64,000 nucleotides of DNA from Octopus vulgaris (Eukaryota), in contig OX597826.1 of the NCBI GenBank assembly GCA_951406725.2, forward strand, positions 77,314,001 through 77,378,000, in the 5' to 3' direction. Both the position numbers and the translations under genes were made by a program. The notes under the pieces are model-generated. The model did no database searches and was not told the origin of the DNA. It saw nothing but the letters and a program-made list of their open reading frames with translations. This document shows positions 1 through 14,440 of the stretch, in pieces; the stretch's first letter is position 1, and every line of letters begins with the position of its first letter.

Positions 1-164
1 TGTGTGCGTTTTTGCGTATTTTTGCTCGACCGAACCGTCCTTTGAACCAGTGGCAATGTTGCTTACGTAGAGAATGAAGGTCTTCCTTGTTGAGAATAGA
101 TTCAACAAATCAGGCTAAAGAACCAGCCATATAAAGTAGTTGGAATATTAGGAAGTAAACAAGT

Positions 165-530
165 AGGAGTGGCTGTGTGGTAAGTAGCTTGCTTACCAAC
201 CACATGGTCCCGGGTTCAGTCCCACTGCCTTGTGAGTTGATTTGGTTGGCGGAAACTGAAAGAAGCCCGTTGTATATATGTATATACATATATGTATGTG
301 CGTGTATATGTTTGTGTGTCTGTGTTTGTGCCCCCCCCCCCCCACCAACATCGCTTGACAAGCGATGCTGGTGTGTTTACGTCCCCGTAACTTAGCGGTT
401 CGGCAAAATAGACCGATAGAATAAGTACTAGGCTTACAAAGAATAAGTCCTGGGGTCAATTTGCTCGACTAAAGGCGGTGCTCCAGCATGGCCACAGTCA
501 AATGACTGAAACAAGTAAAAGAGTAAGTAA
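165..530 (+). mobile_element. tRNA-derived SINE, family A (most abundant here), internally deleted
   Basis: Head aggagtggctgtgtggtaag with B-box-like gggttcagtccc, (TG)n middle, tail ggtgctccagcatggccacagtcaaatgactgaaacaagtaaaagag; more than 10 similar copies in the window. Confidence 0.85.
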
Positions 531-598
531 AGTAGTCGTTCATTTTTAAAAACAAGTTGTAGCTCAACGTCCCTTGAAGTAATTAATCGACGGCTTTA

Positions 599-680
599 AT
601 ACATACATACATACATACATACATACATACATACATACATACATACATACATACATACATACATACATACATACATACAT
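599..680. repeat. (TACA)n microsatellite
   Basis: About 20 perfect units. Confidence 0.98.
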
Positions 681-689
681 TTCTCTAGT

Positions 690-1090
690 CTAAAGGTGTA
701 TCAGGGGCAGAAACTCAGCACAGGCTTCCCGTAACAATGTAAGGACAGAGTTCTATCGCATAGGATCGAGAAGTTTTTAAATGGCCGGATAAATGTGAAG
801 CCCATAGACGAACCAGAGCGCCGCCCATCAGCGTCAACATGAAGATTGAACTTGTTCAAGAGATTCTTCTAGCGAAACAACAAACGACCGTCGATGACGT
901 GGCACGTTCTCTGTAAATTAGTCATACGAAATGATCCGCAAGCTTCGCTTCCGTAAAGTCAGGGCGAGATGGGTGACAAGAGAGTTTACCTAAAGGCATA
1001 AGTACCATAACAACATCAACGCATATCACACCTCGACCTGCCTCCTCATATGTCTCAATGGAGACCAAAGTCATAATTGAACTTAGTCTC
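690..1090 (+). pseudogene. Tc1/mariner transposase N-terminal remnant
   Basis: Manual translation with frameshifts gives DEPERRPSAST, KIELVQEILL, TTVDDVARSL and RFRKVRARWVTREF (mariner WVPREL-like motif). Confidence 0.7.
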
Positions 1091-1590
1091 CATTTCTCTC
1101 GTGTTCGGGGCTTTTTAATCCAAAATATCGAATAATAACAATATAACAATATAATTCTTTTGCTTATCTTTTAGTTTCAAAATACATTGTAATGGATTCT
1201 GAAAATGACGAATAAAACATTGGCCTTCGTAAATATAAGAAACCGTCAACTGATAAATACTGTGGCATCAGGTGACCTTGATTAAATCCAAGTACTTGAA
1301 TACTGAATTTCCTAAAATACTTGTGAGTATCTCTGGTATTTTATAGATGCAGCAGCTTTGGGGATCACAATGGAAAGTCGATGTTCTCTTAGATTCATCC
1401 AAATAGGTATATAAAACCCCAAGTAGACAACATAGCAAATATACAAGAAAAGGAACTTCTAATCGCCAAGGAAAGGAAAACGAAGAAATCGATCGAAAAA
1501 CAAAACAAAAACAAGGAACATCAAATGCTTCTTCACTCTGACATGTTTAAATAAAGTATTTAAAAATCAAAGAAGGTCTATGTATACAAC

Positions 1591-2003
1591 CTATTTCTTT
1601 ATTGCCCACAAGGGGCTAAACACAGCGGGGACAAACAAGGACAACAAACGGATTAAGTCGATTAGATCGACCCCAGTGCGAATCTGGTACTTAATTTATC
1701 GATCCCGAAAGGTTGAAAGGTAAAGTCGACCTCGGCGGAATTTGAACTCAGAACATAAAGACAGATGAAATACCTATTTCTTTATTGCCCACAAGGGGCT
1801 AAAGACAGAGGGGACAAACACGGACAGACAAACGGATTAAGTCGATTATATCGACTCCAGTGCGTAACTGGTACTTATTTAATCGACTCCGAAAGGATGA
1901 AAGGCAAAGTCGACCCCGGCGGAATTTGAACTCAGAACGTAACGGCAGACGAAATACCGTTAGGCATTTCGTCCGGCGTGCTAACGCGTCTGCCAGCTCG
2001 CCA
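1591..2003 (-). mobile_element. SINE family B, tandem pair (5'-truncated copy 1591-1772 plus full copy 1773-2003)
   Basis: Reverse complement reads ggcgagctggcaga...gttctgagttcaaattccgccg...gtcgactttgcctttcatcc...agccccttgtgggcaataaagaaatagg; about 180-bp direct duplication. Confidence 0.85.
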
Positions 2004-2625
2004 CCTTTGTATACGACCTGTATGATGACGAGAAGTATTTAATGCGGCCCGCTTCTCGGAAAAGGTTGCTCACGACTTAAACTTTAAAGCAAGACAAGGT
2101 TTATATGCAATGCATCTGTGGAGAATTAAAAGGTTCTCTCGGTTGCTATTGGAATCTGATTGACTTTATTCGGCCGATTACTCTTTTTCGATCCACGATA
2201 TATAAAGACAACGTCCTTACGCCTGTCTGATGCTTGCAGAGTTCACTATAATCTATAGATATATTTTATGGTATATTACTATATATTATGTGGCAGTGCC
2301 TACCTTTGGAGGTTTCAACATGAAAAAGTACTCCTTTAGTACAGTTTATATTCATTCTTGCTGTCGACAAAACTAGCGACAACATGAAACTCTAAGTAGC
2401 TACTTTATAATATCTCATATTTTAATGCCTGTAAATGAATATATATATATATATACATACATATAGATAGATATACAAATAGATAGATGGACACAGACAA
2501 ACTGTCATGTAGACAGTTAGACAGACAGACAGACAGACAAACAAATAGATTTAAAAGAAAAAGCAAGATAGGACAAAGAAAAGTAATGAAACTAATAGAA
2601 CAAGAAAAACATAGAGTAAAATATA

Positions 2626-2627
<2 letters not shown>

Positions 2628-2656
<29 letters not shown>

Positions 2657-2657
2657 T

Positions 2658-2722
<65 letters not shown>

Positions 2723-2743
2723 TGTTGTTGTTGTTGTTGTTGT
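2628..2743. repeat. (GTA)n/(GTT)n compound microsatellite
   Basis: Seen directly; explains the poly-V and poly-Y ORFs. Confidence 0.97.
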
Positions 2744-3037
2744 TTCGAGATAGACGCATCGATAAGTGTATAAGACGTGATCTCACCATTTGTGTATCAC
2801 CTGTTGAGAAGAGATGGCATGGAACAATAGCCATCGTTGACCAGCGGATTCCCACTTCCGGTTCTTATCTTTTACAACACAAAAAAGCCAAACAAGCATT
2901 CGAATCTGTCACAAATGTCAATTATTTATTACACAGTTCGTTTCTTCCAGACTTCTTTTATTTTTTCTTTTATTTTTTACAAGAGTTCGTTATTGGCAGA
3001 GAAATGAAGGTGGTGTAGACGGCGCGTAAACATGATT

Positions 3038-3362
3038 GTGTGGTGTAGTGGTTATGGCATTCGACTTACTACCGTAAGGGCGCGAGTTCGATGCCCGACG
3101 GCACAGTGCGTCCTTGAACAAGGCGCATTATACTTCAGGTCACTCCAGTCCACTCAGCTGGCATAAATCAGTTGTACCTGTATTTCAAAGGGCCAGCCAT
3201 GTCCCATTCTGTGTCATACTCATTCTCCCTGAGAACTGCGTTGAGGGTATATGTGTCTGCGGAGTACTCAGGCATTTGCACGTTAATTTCATGAGTAGAC
3301 TCATGTTCCGTTGGTTGGATCGTCTGGAACAATCATCGTTGCAACCGACGGAGTCGCAGTTA
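3038..3362 (+). mobile_element. tRNA-derived SINE, family D (Nin/Deu-type central domain by resemblance)
   Basis: A box tggtgtagtgg, B box gagttcgatgcc, core gtccttgaacaagg...ctccagtccactcagctg; second copy at 43349-43655. Confidence 0.7.
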
Positions 3363-3782
3363 TGATTCTGTGTATGTGCGTGACTGTGTGTCTGTGCGTG
3401 CAATTGCGTATTGAAAATGTCATCCTTGGGCTCTAGTAGTGTTAGTAGTGTTGTTGGTGATGGTGTTCATTGAGGTGGTATCAGTTATGATGTTATTAGG
3501 TGTGGTTTGCTGTTGGTGGTGGCGGCGTTACAGGTAGAGATTAGGATGTATCGGTGGTGTTGGTGATGAAGGCCATTGGTTGTAGTGGTGGTGGTGGTGG
3601 TGGTGGTGGGGTGGTCAGTTAATGTATTTCTTCAATAATATTCAAGGTTTTGAAATTGTAAGTACCGGCGTCGATTCGTTCGACTAAAATGCTTCAAGAC
3701 GGTGCCCCAGCATGGTCGCAGTCTAATGACTGAAACAAGTAAAGGCACAAAAAGGTAAACACACATACACTTACATACTCTT

Positions 3783-3964
3783 ACTCTTTTATTTGTTTCA
3801 GTCATTTGACTGCTTTTAGCCGAGCACATCGACCCCAGGACTTATTCTTTGTAAGCCTAGTACTTATTCTATCGGTCTCTTTTGCCGAACCGGTAAGTTA
3901 GGGGGATGCAAACACATCAGTATCAGTTGTCAAGCAATGCTAGGGCGACAAACACAGACAGACA

Positions 3965-4005
<41 letters not shown>

Positions 4006-4175
4006 CTATATATCCATATATATGACGGGCTTCTTTCAGTTTCCGTCTACCAAATCCACTCACAAGGCTTTGGTCGGCCTGAGGCCATAGTAGAAGACAC
4101 TTGCTCAAGGTGCTACGCAGTGGGACTGAACTCGAAGCTATGTCTTTGGTAAGCAAGCAACCACTCCTACGCCTA
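3783..4175 (-). mobile_element. SINE family A
   Basis: Reverse-complement match to the family A copies at 165 and 12013. Confidence 0.85.
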
Positions 4176-4185
4176 TATACACACA

Positions 4186-4237
<52 letters not shown>

Positions 4238-4653
4238 TATACATATGTGTATGTGTATGGATGTTCGTAAATATGTATCTTACAAGAAATGTGTATGCGC
4301 ATTTATTTTTGTACATGCACGTGTATGTGTGTATATATACGTACATGTATACGTACGAACATGCATGCATGCATACGTACATGCATACATAATAGGACCC
4401 ACCACAAACACTCCTCTGTATTTACTTTCCATTTCGAGATTTCGAGATAAGGATCATTGGCGGATACAAGAAAGGAAGCGAGATGCAACGTAACTGGCCA
4501 CCGTAACGCGAGTCCAAATTGCCGCATGAATTAATGATTGAAGTTGGACGTCAACAATAGTGATGACAACCACAATAAAGACACCAAATCAACGTAAAGA
4601 ACAATAACAAAAAAAAACAATAAGATTTCCATTATCTTACTACGACTACTACC

Positions 4654-4806
<153 letters not shown>

Positions 4807-5119
4807 GAATAAGATTATGAGGATGAGAGCCCGCCTAATGTATTAAGACAATGATGTGTTTCGGGACAGGTGTTAATATTCTAAACAATTAATGACCTTC
4901 TCGTCTGTAATTTCTTTTCTTTTATTATTCCCTTTCAGGATAAGCGGCATAGAATGTGGTTAACCTCCAGACAGATAACGAAATCTGCGAGATAGTTTCG
5001 AATCTCGTTCTAACCATTATTTTAATTCAGGCCTCACAATGTCTCATACCTGTAAATGTGCCGTGAAATAGATCTATAACCATACAAAACGCAAATTTTA
5101 CAAATGACAACAGGTATTG

Positions 5120-5158
<39 letters not shown>

Positions 5159-6139
5159 CACAGCTGTGTGGTTAAGAAACCCACTTTGTAACCGCGTAGT
5201 TCCAGGCTCGGTGTCACAGCGCAACACCCTGGGCAGATGTCTGCTAGTCGGCCCAGAGTGAATCTGACAAATGGAAAGTGCGTGAAACCCTGTCGCATAT
5301 ACATACATGTGTGTGTGTGTGTGTATGTGTGTGTGTATGTGTGTGTGTGTGTGTGTGTCTATATTTGTCACCAACACCACCATCGCTTCAAGGCAGTGCT
5401 CTATCATGGCCGTGGTCCGATGGCTGAAATAAGATAAAAGAAAAAAAAGAAGCAAATATTTCTCATGATTGTTGCCATTAATGTCATCCATGGCATTGTT
5501 TATCCCAATTATGAGATCTCTGAAGATCGTTGAAATACTTCATACAAATTCCTTTTCCATAAATCCTTTTCAAGATTAGCTCTCACTTATCCATAGTCTA
5601 TAATTTTGCCCCAAAATATAGAATTTCTCTGCTTAACAAAAATGACATTTCTGGAAACCTCCACTATAAGTTTGATCATTCTATTGCTATATTGTCTTTT
5701 GATGTTGTTTTTTTTTTTGTATCTGATAAATGAAGGCTTTTAACAGGTTTTACTCAAGCATTTCAAGGTTTTCTGTATTTTATCTCAATTTTAAGTTTTT
5801 CTTCTATTCTTATCCTTCTCATATTCTGTTTACAGCTGAAATTTACCTTTATAAACTTGTTATTATAAGTTTTCGGTAGTGATTGGGGCGACGAAATGTA
5901 TTTCAAGCGAAGCGAGATTGTCCTGAAAGACTTGTAATATCCGATGGGTTAAACCAGATATTTTTTTATTTATGATAAATTTCCAGATAATTCACTTCAT
6001 ATTTAGAGTGTTTATTCCCAATATCTGCATTTACACTGTGCGATCGGCACTGGGTCCCTTGTAGCTGAATATATATTCTAAGATAAAATCGAAAAAGTAA
6101 CTTCTATTTCTAAATAAACACTATAGGAGACGTTCGTCT

Positions 6140-7020
6140 TCTTAATCATCTTTGCCCCTTGTGGATCATAGGACCTCAACAGTTGTTTGCACTTTTTGTG
6201 ATCATTGGCGTGTTTCTTGGCTGCTTACCATGTCAGGCTGGTGGTCCTGAGCTCGTCCAAAATGCTCCGCTTCAATGTCTGCTTCGGACGTCCTCGCTTC
6301 CTTTTCCCCTGCGGGTTCCAGTCAAGTGCTTGTCGTGTCAAATTTGAGGTTTTTTTCCGCAGTGTGTGTCCGATCCATCTCCATTTCCTTCGTCTAATCT
6401 GAACATGTATGGGCTCCTGGTTGGCCCTTTCCCACAGGTCGGTGTTTGGCACTCTGTCGAACCAATTCAGATGGAGGATCTGCTGGAGACATTTGTTGAT
6501 GAAGGTCTGGATCTTCTTGTAGTTGCTGCAGGTGGCTCTCCATGTTTCAGAGCCATACAAAAGCACAGATTTTACGTTTGAACTAAATAAGCGGAGTTTA
6601 GTTCGAGTTGAGATGGCAGTGGACTTCCATACCGGCCGAAGAATAGCGAAGGTTTGTCAAGCCTTATTGCCGTGATGTCCTCGTCTTATCCACCTGATTT
6701 GCTGATCTTGCTGTCAAGATAGACAAACTAACTAACGTCCTCCACAGGTGCCCCCTCGATTGTGATTGGCTCTTCCTGCTTTTTGTTGATACGCAGCACT
6801 TTTGTCTTTTCCCGGCTGATCCTCAAGCCCACTCGCCGTGAAGTTTCTATCAGGTGGTCTACCTTATCTTGATGTCTTGCGGGCGATGTGACAGTGGTGC
6901 GAGATCATCTGCGTAGTCCAAGTCCCCCAGCTGGTTCATCAGTGTCAACCGAATACTTTTCCCGGAGGTAGCGTAGGCCGTCCTGGTGACCCAGTCCAGC
7001 ACGACGAGGAACAGGAGGCC
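6140..7020 (-). mobile_element. RTE-clade LINE, 5'-truncated, decayed reverse transcriptase C-terminal part
   Basis: LLFLVVLDWVTR and QLGDLDYADDLA (YADD), then ORF 6225-6566 with LLYGSETW, RKWRWIGHTLRK and WNPQGKRKRGRPK; frameshifts present. Confidence 0.92.
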
Positions 7021-7177
7021 TAAATAAATATGAATATATAATGAATATAATGTAGGTTTACACTCTGAAAGTAAGGTAAATTACCTGTAAAATTATAATC
7101 TTATTGACAAGCAATTTATTTCGTTTCATTTCTCTTTTTTTTTTTAATATGAATTTAATATTTCTTTGTAAAATAAG

Positions 7178-7295
7178 GCGACGAGCTGGCAGAATCCTTA
7201 GCACGCCGGGCAAAATACTTAGCGGCATTTCGCCCATCCTTACGTTCCGAGTTCAAATTCCGCCGCGGTCGACGTTACCTTTCATCCTTTCTTTT
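7178..7295 (+). mobile_element. SINE family B 5' part
   Basis: ggcgacgagctggcagaatccttagcacgccggg...gagttcaaattccgccgcggtcgac. Confidence 0.8.
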
Positions 7296-7471
7296 TAAGG
7301 CGCAGACTTAATGTGTGAGTGTGTGCGCGCGTGCGGGCGCACAAGATTCATATGTACAGAAAACAAATGACAAAGGCAGGTGAAGGAATAACAGGCAGGT
7401 CTTTTAGTTTGACGCTCTTGAAGAATGGAAAACGGCAGACGTCCAAAATGATGTCTAGGATTAAAGCAGAA

Positions 7472-7508
<37 letters not shown>

Positions 7509-7872
7509 TATGTATGTATAGGTGTAGGTTTGTATGTATTCTTCTGCCTTAATCTTAGACATCATTATGGAGGTATATTCTTGGAAATAGCGACCTTATT
7601 GTAAAACAAAGGTGTATCTAAGCAAACCTGAAAACATCGGTACATCATCGTAGAAACGCTGCTTGTTGTTTTCTAGCGCTGCCATATCAGCACTGATTAC
7701 AGAAACAGATAATCAAAAGCATTTCCAGAACACTGCCAGGCCCTAATAACACTTTAATAATACTTTTCAAAACACTGCCAGACCCTAAAGTGCATTACGG
7801 CGATGACTTCGCCTCAACAGTATAAAAATGAAACACGCACAGAGCAAAATTTTATTAAAAGCTTATACCTGG

Positions 7873-8038
7873 CAGCATGGCTAATTTTAAAGGTAAACCC
7901 ACCAGTGGAGCAGTCCAAATTTTCTAACACGCACAAAAAAAAAAAGAAAGAATTATTTAATTGCTAAGCATTTTTTTTTTTTGTTAGAAAATTTGGACTG
8001 GTCCACCGGTGGGTTTACCTTTAAAATTAGCCATGCTG
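7873..8038. repeat. Fold-back inverted repeat with about 56-bp arms
   Basis: cagcatggctaattttaaaggtaaacccaccagtggagcagtccaaattttctaaca vs tgttagaaaatttggactggtccaccggtgggtttacctttaaaattagccatgctg, 2 mismatches, A-run and T-run in the spacer. Confidence 0.95.
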
Positions 8039-8516
8039 TTGAAGTGGGGGGGGTCATCGTCATGATGACCTTTAGTGTAACTGAACCACCGTGGTCAGCT
8101 CCCGAAATGGCTATTGTGATGTATGTGAATTTGAGCCGTGAAAGTCTGTTTATTTATGAACTTTGGACGTATTTCATTGAGGTGAGTAAACAGACTTTTT
8201 CTAAATATTTTTAATCGTTTGATAAAACATTTTTAGTCGTTGGACATTTATTTTATACTTTGTCCTATAAGTTTTTTGGGAGTTCACGAATTTTTAGTCG
8301 TTTATATTTACCTCTTTGATAGGGCGTTCTATTTGTATTTTATTCGAATATAGATTTTTAACTTCTGTGTTTTTATGTATTTTTGTTTTGTGAGTTTAAG
8401 AACCATGGCGATATTTATATGTGATTAAATGTTTGAGATATGGAGTTATATGACTCAGATTTAATGTTTGTTCTATAACCAATCTTTCTTTATGTGTGTG
8501 TATGTATAGATATATG

Positions 8517-8750
8517 CATTTCTTTACTGCCCACAAGGGGCTAAACATAGAGGGGACAAACAAGAACAGACAAAGGGATTAAGTCGATTACATCGACCCC
8601 AGTGCGTAACTGGTACTTAATTTATCGATCCCGAAAGGATGAAAGGTAAAGTCGACCTCGGCAGAATTTGAACTCAGAATGTAACTGCAGACGAAATACG
8701 GCTACGCATTTCGCCTGACTCTTCAGTTCTAACAGTTCTGCCAGATCGTT
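8517..8750 (-). mobile_element. SINE family B
   Basis: Matches 1773-2003. Confidence 0.85.
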
Positions 8751-8769
8751 GCCTTTGAATATGTTTGTT

Positions 8770-9030
8770 GTTTGTTCCTTCTCAAGCCATGCCTGGATCA
8801 TAAGGGCCGGTATAGGTCCGTCGCAGGTGAGCTGCAAGATGTAGAAGGAAAGACTGAGAGAAAATTGTGGCGAAAGAGTCAGCAGAAGTTTCACCATTAC
8901 CTTCTGCCGGAGCCGCGCAGAGCTTAGGTGTTTCGCTCATAAACACACACATCGTCCGGTCTGAGATTCGAACCCGCGATCCCTCGACCGCGAGTCCGCT
9001 GCTCTAACCACTAGGCCATATGCCTCTACG
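8770..9030 (-). mobile_element. tRNA-derived SINE with the family C head and a different body
   Basis: Reverse complement tggcctagtggttagagcagcggactcgcggtcgagggatcgcgggttcgaatctc has intact A and B boxes; same head as 14441 and 34041. Confidence 0.8.
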
Positions 9031-9033
9031 CCT

Positions 9034-10430
<1,397 letters not shown>

Positions 10431-10431
10431 A

Positions 10432-10715
10432 AACTTAGGATAACTTAGAAAGGCTTTGGCCAGTATTGGCCCAGGCCATGTCTAACTTAATAGCACCACC
10501 TGGTGATGTCTTTCAGTTCAGGATTTGGGCACCAAGGCCCATTCGAGCAGAGAGTTATTGTTTGCGGAGACATATCCGGGTGTGGGTGGTTTGTCCGGTA
10601 CTGTTTGAAGGAATTTGTCCAAAGACTTCTTGAATTTTGTGTGGTCAGTTTCTTTTTTGACGTGCCCTGGTGTAATGTTGAAGAGAGCAGGTCCAATTGA
10701 GGTGAAATAGTTGTG
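10432..10715 (-). mobile_element. CR1/L2-like LINE 3' end
   Basis: Translation FTSIGPALFNITPGHVKKETDHTKFKKSLDKFLQTVPDKPPTPGY resembles the FK..LD.FL..VPD.P ORF2 terminus; followed by a short 3' UTR. Confidence 0.7.
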
Positions 10716-11483
10716 CCGTATTGTCGTTATGTGTATATATATATATATGCGTATATGTATGTATATACATGTATGTGTGTGTATATAGAAAGCCCGACAA
10801 ATATATGATATAAGCCTTGATTTTCATTTCCATTGAAAGCATCAGTGCGCAGTAATAAACAAAAGCTCTTAGTTGTGTCTTCGAACAACGGGAAAAGCGA
10901 AGATTTTCTGTAATCTTTGCGGGTCTCTCGTTCAGCTGCGATTTCGTTAAGAACGACTGTGAAGAAAGGAAGGAAAAGTCTCGGCTGTGTTTCTTTCATC
11001 TTACAATTAAAGCAGGTGCTTCTTTTGCTCAATTGTTAAGTGGGTCCCCCTAAGTATGTACGCATGTATCTATTAGACCTATGCTCATATGTGTGCGTAT
11101 CCGTATATGTGTGTGAGCGTCCGTGTGTGTGTGCGTATGCATGGATGTATTTATGTGGCCTGTGGAGTGAGATGAAAAAGGAGAACGGACAGAAAGAGAT
11201 AGAGGTTAACAGAGATTGTTCCTCTCAGTCGGTTGCTCTGCGGCATCATTGATGTCCTTGCGATGACAATAACCACGCTTATAGACAGGCGACCACGTGT
11301 CAGCGTTTTGTGTTCCTGTTGCTTGTTTTTCGGCAAATTGACCTTAATTCGAATGACCGCCGAGGTGTTACTTGAAGTGGGTTATATTTGTCTCGGAAGA
11401 CACACTTCACACCTACTGCACCCAAACCTTTCACACACTTTGCCCCCTCTGTCTTTCTCTCTCTCCCCCTCTCTTTCACTGTG

Positions 11484-11526
<43 letters not shown>

Positions 11527-11672
11527 AAAGTTAATCCAAACATGAAAACAACAACGCGACGACGTGGAACAAGTATAGTGTTATTGGATGCTCAGGAAAG
11601 GAAAGATCCAAGGAAGGGAAGACGGAGGAAAAGAAATCGCCAACGATACACCCGCAGCCACATATTGAATGA
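11527..11672 (-). mobile_element. Short (TA)n-embedded element of the 32100/59873 family, lacking the hammerhead segment
   Basis: Same termini aagttaatccaaacatgaaaac...aaatcgccaacgatacac...cacatattga as the other two copies. Confidence 0.85.
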
Positions 11673-11686
11673 CCGATATATATATA

Positions 11687-11738
<52 letters not shown>

Positions 11739-11777
11739 TCTATCTATATATATGTGTGTGGGATGTATACATATATA

Positions 11778-11952
11778 TACGACGAGCTTCTTTCAGTTTC
11801 CATTTACCAAATCCACTCTCAAGGCTTTGATCGGATCGCAGCTGTAGAGGACATTCGCCCGAGATGCATTGCAATAGGATTGAACCTAGATCCATGTCGG
11901 AGTAGCAGACTTCTTACCTCACAGCTATGCTTGGACCTATACACAGCCACAC
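11778..11952 (-). mobile_element. SINE family A 5' half
   Basis: cttctttcagtttcc...aaatccactctcaaggctttg...; head-to-head with the next copy. Confidence 0.75.
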
Positions 11953-12012
11953 CTCTTCCAGTCTATGCACACGTGTGTATGTGTGTGTGATTGTGTATGA
12001 ATGCGTGTATGT

Positions 12013-12400
12013 AGGCGCAGCGTGCTGTGTGATGAGAAGCTTGCATCCCAACCGCATGGTTCTGGGTTCAGTCCCACTGCGTGACCCCTTAGGCAAGTGT
12101 CTTCAACTATAGCCTCGGGCCGACCAAACCCTCGAGTGGATTTGGTAGACGGAAACTGAAAGAAGCCCGTCATGTGTATGTAGGTATATATTTGTTTCTT
12201 TGCTTGTCTCCCCACTATCGCTTGACAACAGATGTTGGTGTGTTTACGTCCCCGTAACTTAGCGGTTCGGCAAAGAGGCCGATAGAATAAGTACTAGGCT
12301 TACAAAGAATAAGTCCTGAAGTCCATTTGTTCGACTAAAGGCGGTGCTCCAGTGTGGTCGCAGTGAAATGACTGTAACAAGTAGAAGAAATAGAAGAAAC
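12013..12400 (+). mobile_element. SINE family A, near full length
   Basis: Head, ggcaagtgtcttcaactatagcctcgggccgacc core and tail all present. Confidence 0.87.
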
Positions 12401-12713
12401 AATTACAAATAATATGTAATCATAGAAATATTAAAGGATTCATCAAACATCGAATGGCTAAGAATAAAAATTGGAATCAAAGAGGGTCCATAGACAAAAA
12501 GTGGAGGAGACCCGCTGATCTACAGGTTGTATCTTGACAGCGAGACTAAATATATGTTTTTTGAATGTATTGTATTTGATTTCCTCATCCGTATTTTATA
12601 AATAGACGCTTGTGTGAAAGGGAAGTGTGTGAGAGCGTGTGTATAAAAGTACTCTAGAGACCTTGTCGGATATGTGGGTCGGTTTATCACAGAATGCAGC
12701 CATCTCTTTTACA

Positions 12714-12779
<66 letters not shown>

Positions 12780-12820
12780 TCTCTCTCTCTCTCTTTCACT
12801 TCACTGCCCATATATATTAA

Positions 12821-12863
<43 letters not shown>

Positions 12864-12927
12864 TTTTTCTCGTGACCTGTGACCATATATATATGTGTAT
12901 GTATGTGTGTGTTTGTATGTATATTTT

Positions 12928-12982
<55 letters not shown>

Positions 12983-13511
12983 CATTTCGCATATATACAT
13001 ACACGACTTATGTGTGTGCAAGGGTGCATGGGCATAGTGAGGAGAAGAGAGGGGGAATAGGAAAGACCTTTTGTCGCGTTTTCTGATATATAAAAAAAAA
13101 AAAAAACGGCCCACATAATCCGCCAATGTCACCAAAGTCGATAAGCCCAGTCTGCAATTCGGTTTATCTCTCTATTAAAATTATAAAGAGCCAACACGTG
13201 GACAGGTATGCCAGACTACTATATGCTTCCCCTCGTCCTTCCACACACACACACACACACACACACAGACATTATCTACCTGCCTCTCACTGCTACGCTC
13301 CCCTATCTATATAAACTGACACGTGCCTCCACAATGCCACTCGCTCAGATATGCGTAAGGCTGCAGTTGCATTTCTATACAAAAGGTTGATCGGCACACA
13401 TCTTAAACAAGGGTCGCCCCGCCTCACTCGATCCTTTTCTTCACTTTTCTCTCATTATCTGCCACTCTTTCTCTTATTGACCCCCCAGTTCTCCCTGTCT
13501 TCCGACTCCAT

Positions 13512-13570
<59 letters not shown>

Positions 13571-13617
13571 TTTCTTCCTTCCTTTTTCTCTCCTTTTTCT
13601 TTCTCTCTTCCTCTGCC

Positions 13618-13666
<49 letters not shown>

Positions 13667-13709
13667 ATGTATACATATGTATATATGTATATATGTGGGT
13701 GTGTATACA

Positions 13710-13769
<60 letters not shown>

Positions 13770-14440
13770 TAAGTATATGTCTATATCAATATCTATCTCG
13801 ATATCTATGTGTGTGTGCATAGGTGTGTGTGTGTATTTATATATATATATAATTTATTTATACATATATGAATTAATTTGTGTGCATATACGTATATATT
13901 ATGAATAAATATATACACATGTATGTGCATATAGATAAATGGATGGCTAGATAGATGTATCAACATATATTGATGTTGATATGATTACACATGCTCACTT
14001 TTTCCTTCTTTCTCTCTCTCTCTCTCTCATTTCTTCTTTTCTCTTACAATATACATGAGAGTGTGTGTTTGTACCTATACGTATCCATATATACACTTAT
14101 CCAAACAAACACATGTGCATGCATATAAACTGGGGCATTGGCAGAACGGCTTGAATGTCAGTTAGAATACCTCGCAATGTCTATTCCTCTTCTCTGCATT
14201 TCGAGTTCAAATTCCACTGGTATCGTCTAAAAAATATAAGATACCAATCTCGAGCAGTCGTTAGTTGGAACTGTAACAGGGCCGGGCACGATGCACAGTG
14301 CTATATCCTCTAGATCACGGTGCTCTGAAAGAAAATGCCTTTGATGGCATTGCTGCCGAATGTTGTTAGTACAAAAGTGGTCGCCTTTTCAATGGGTAAT
14401 ATTGGCGACTTTGGGAGAGTCGAGCAGCAACTTCAGCAGG

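Noticed and set aside
4905-5115. Strong acceptor (ccctttcag) and a possible donor at about 5113
   Set aside because: All three frames contain stops; no support for a coding exon
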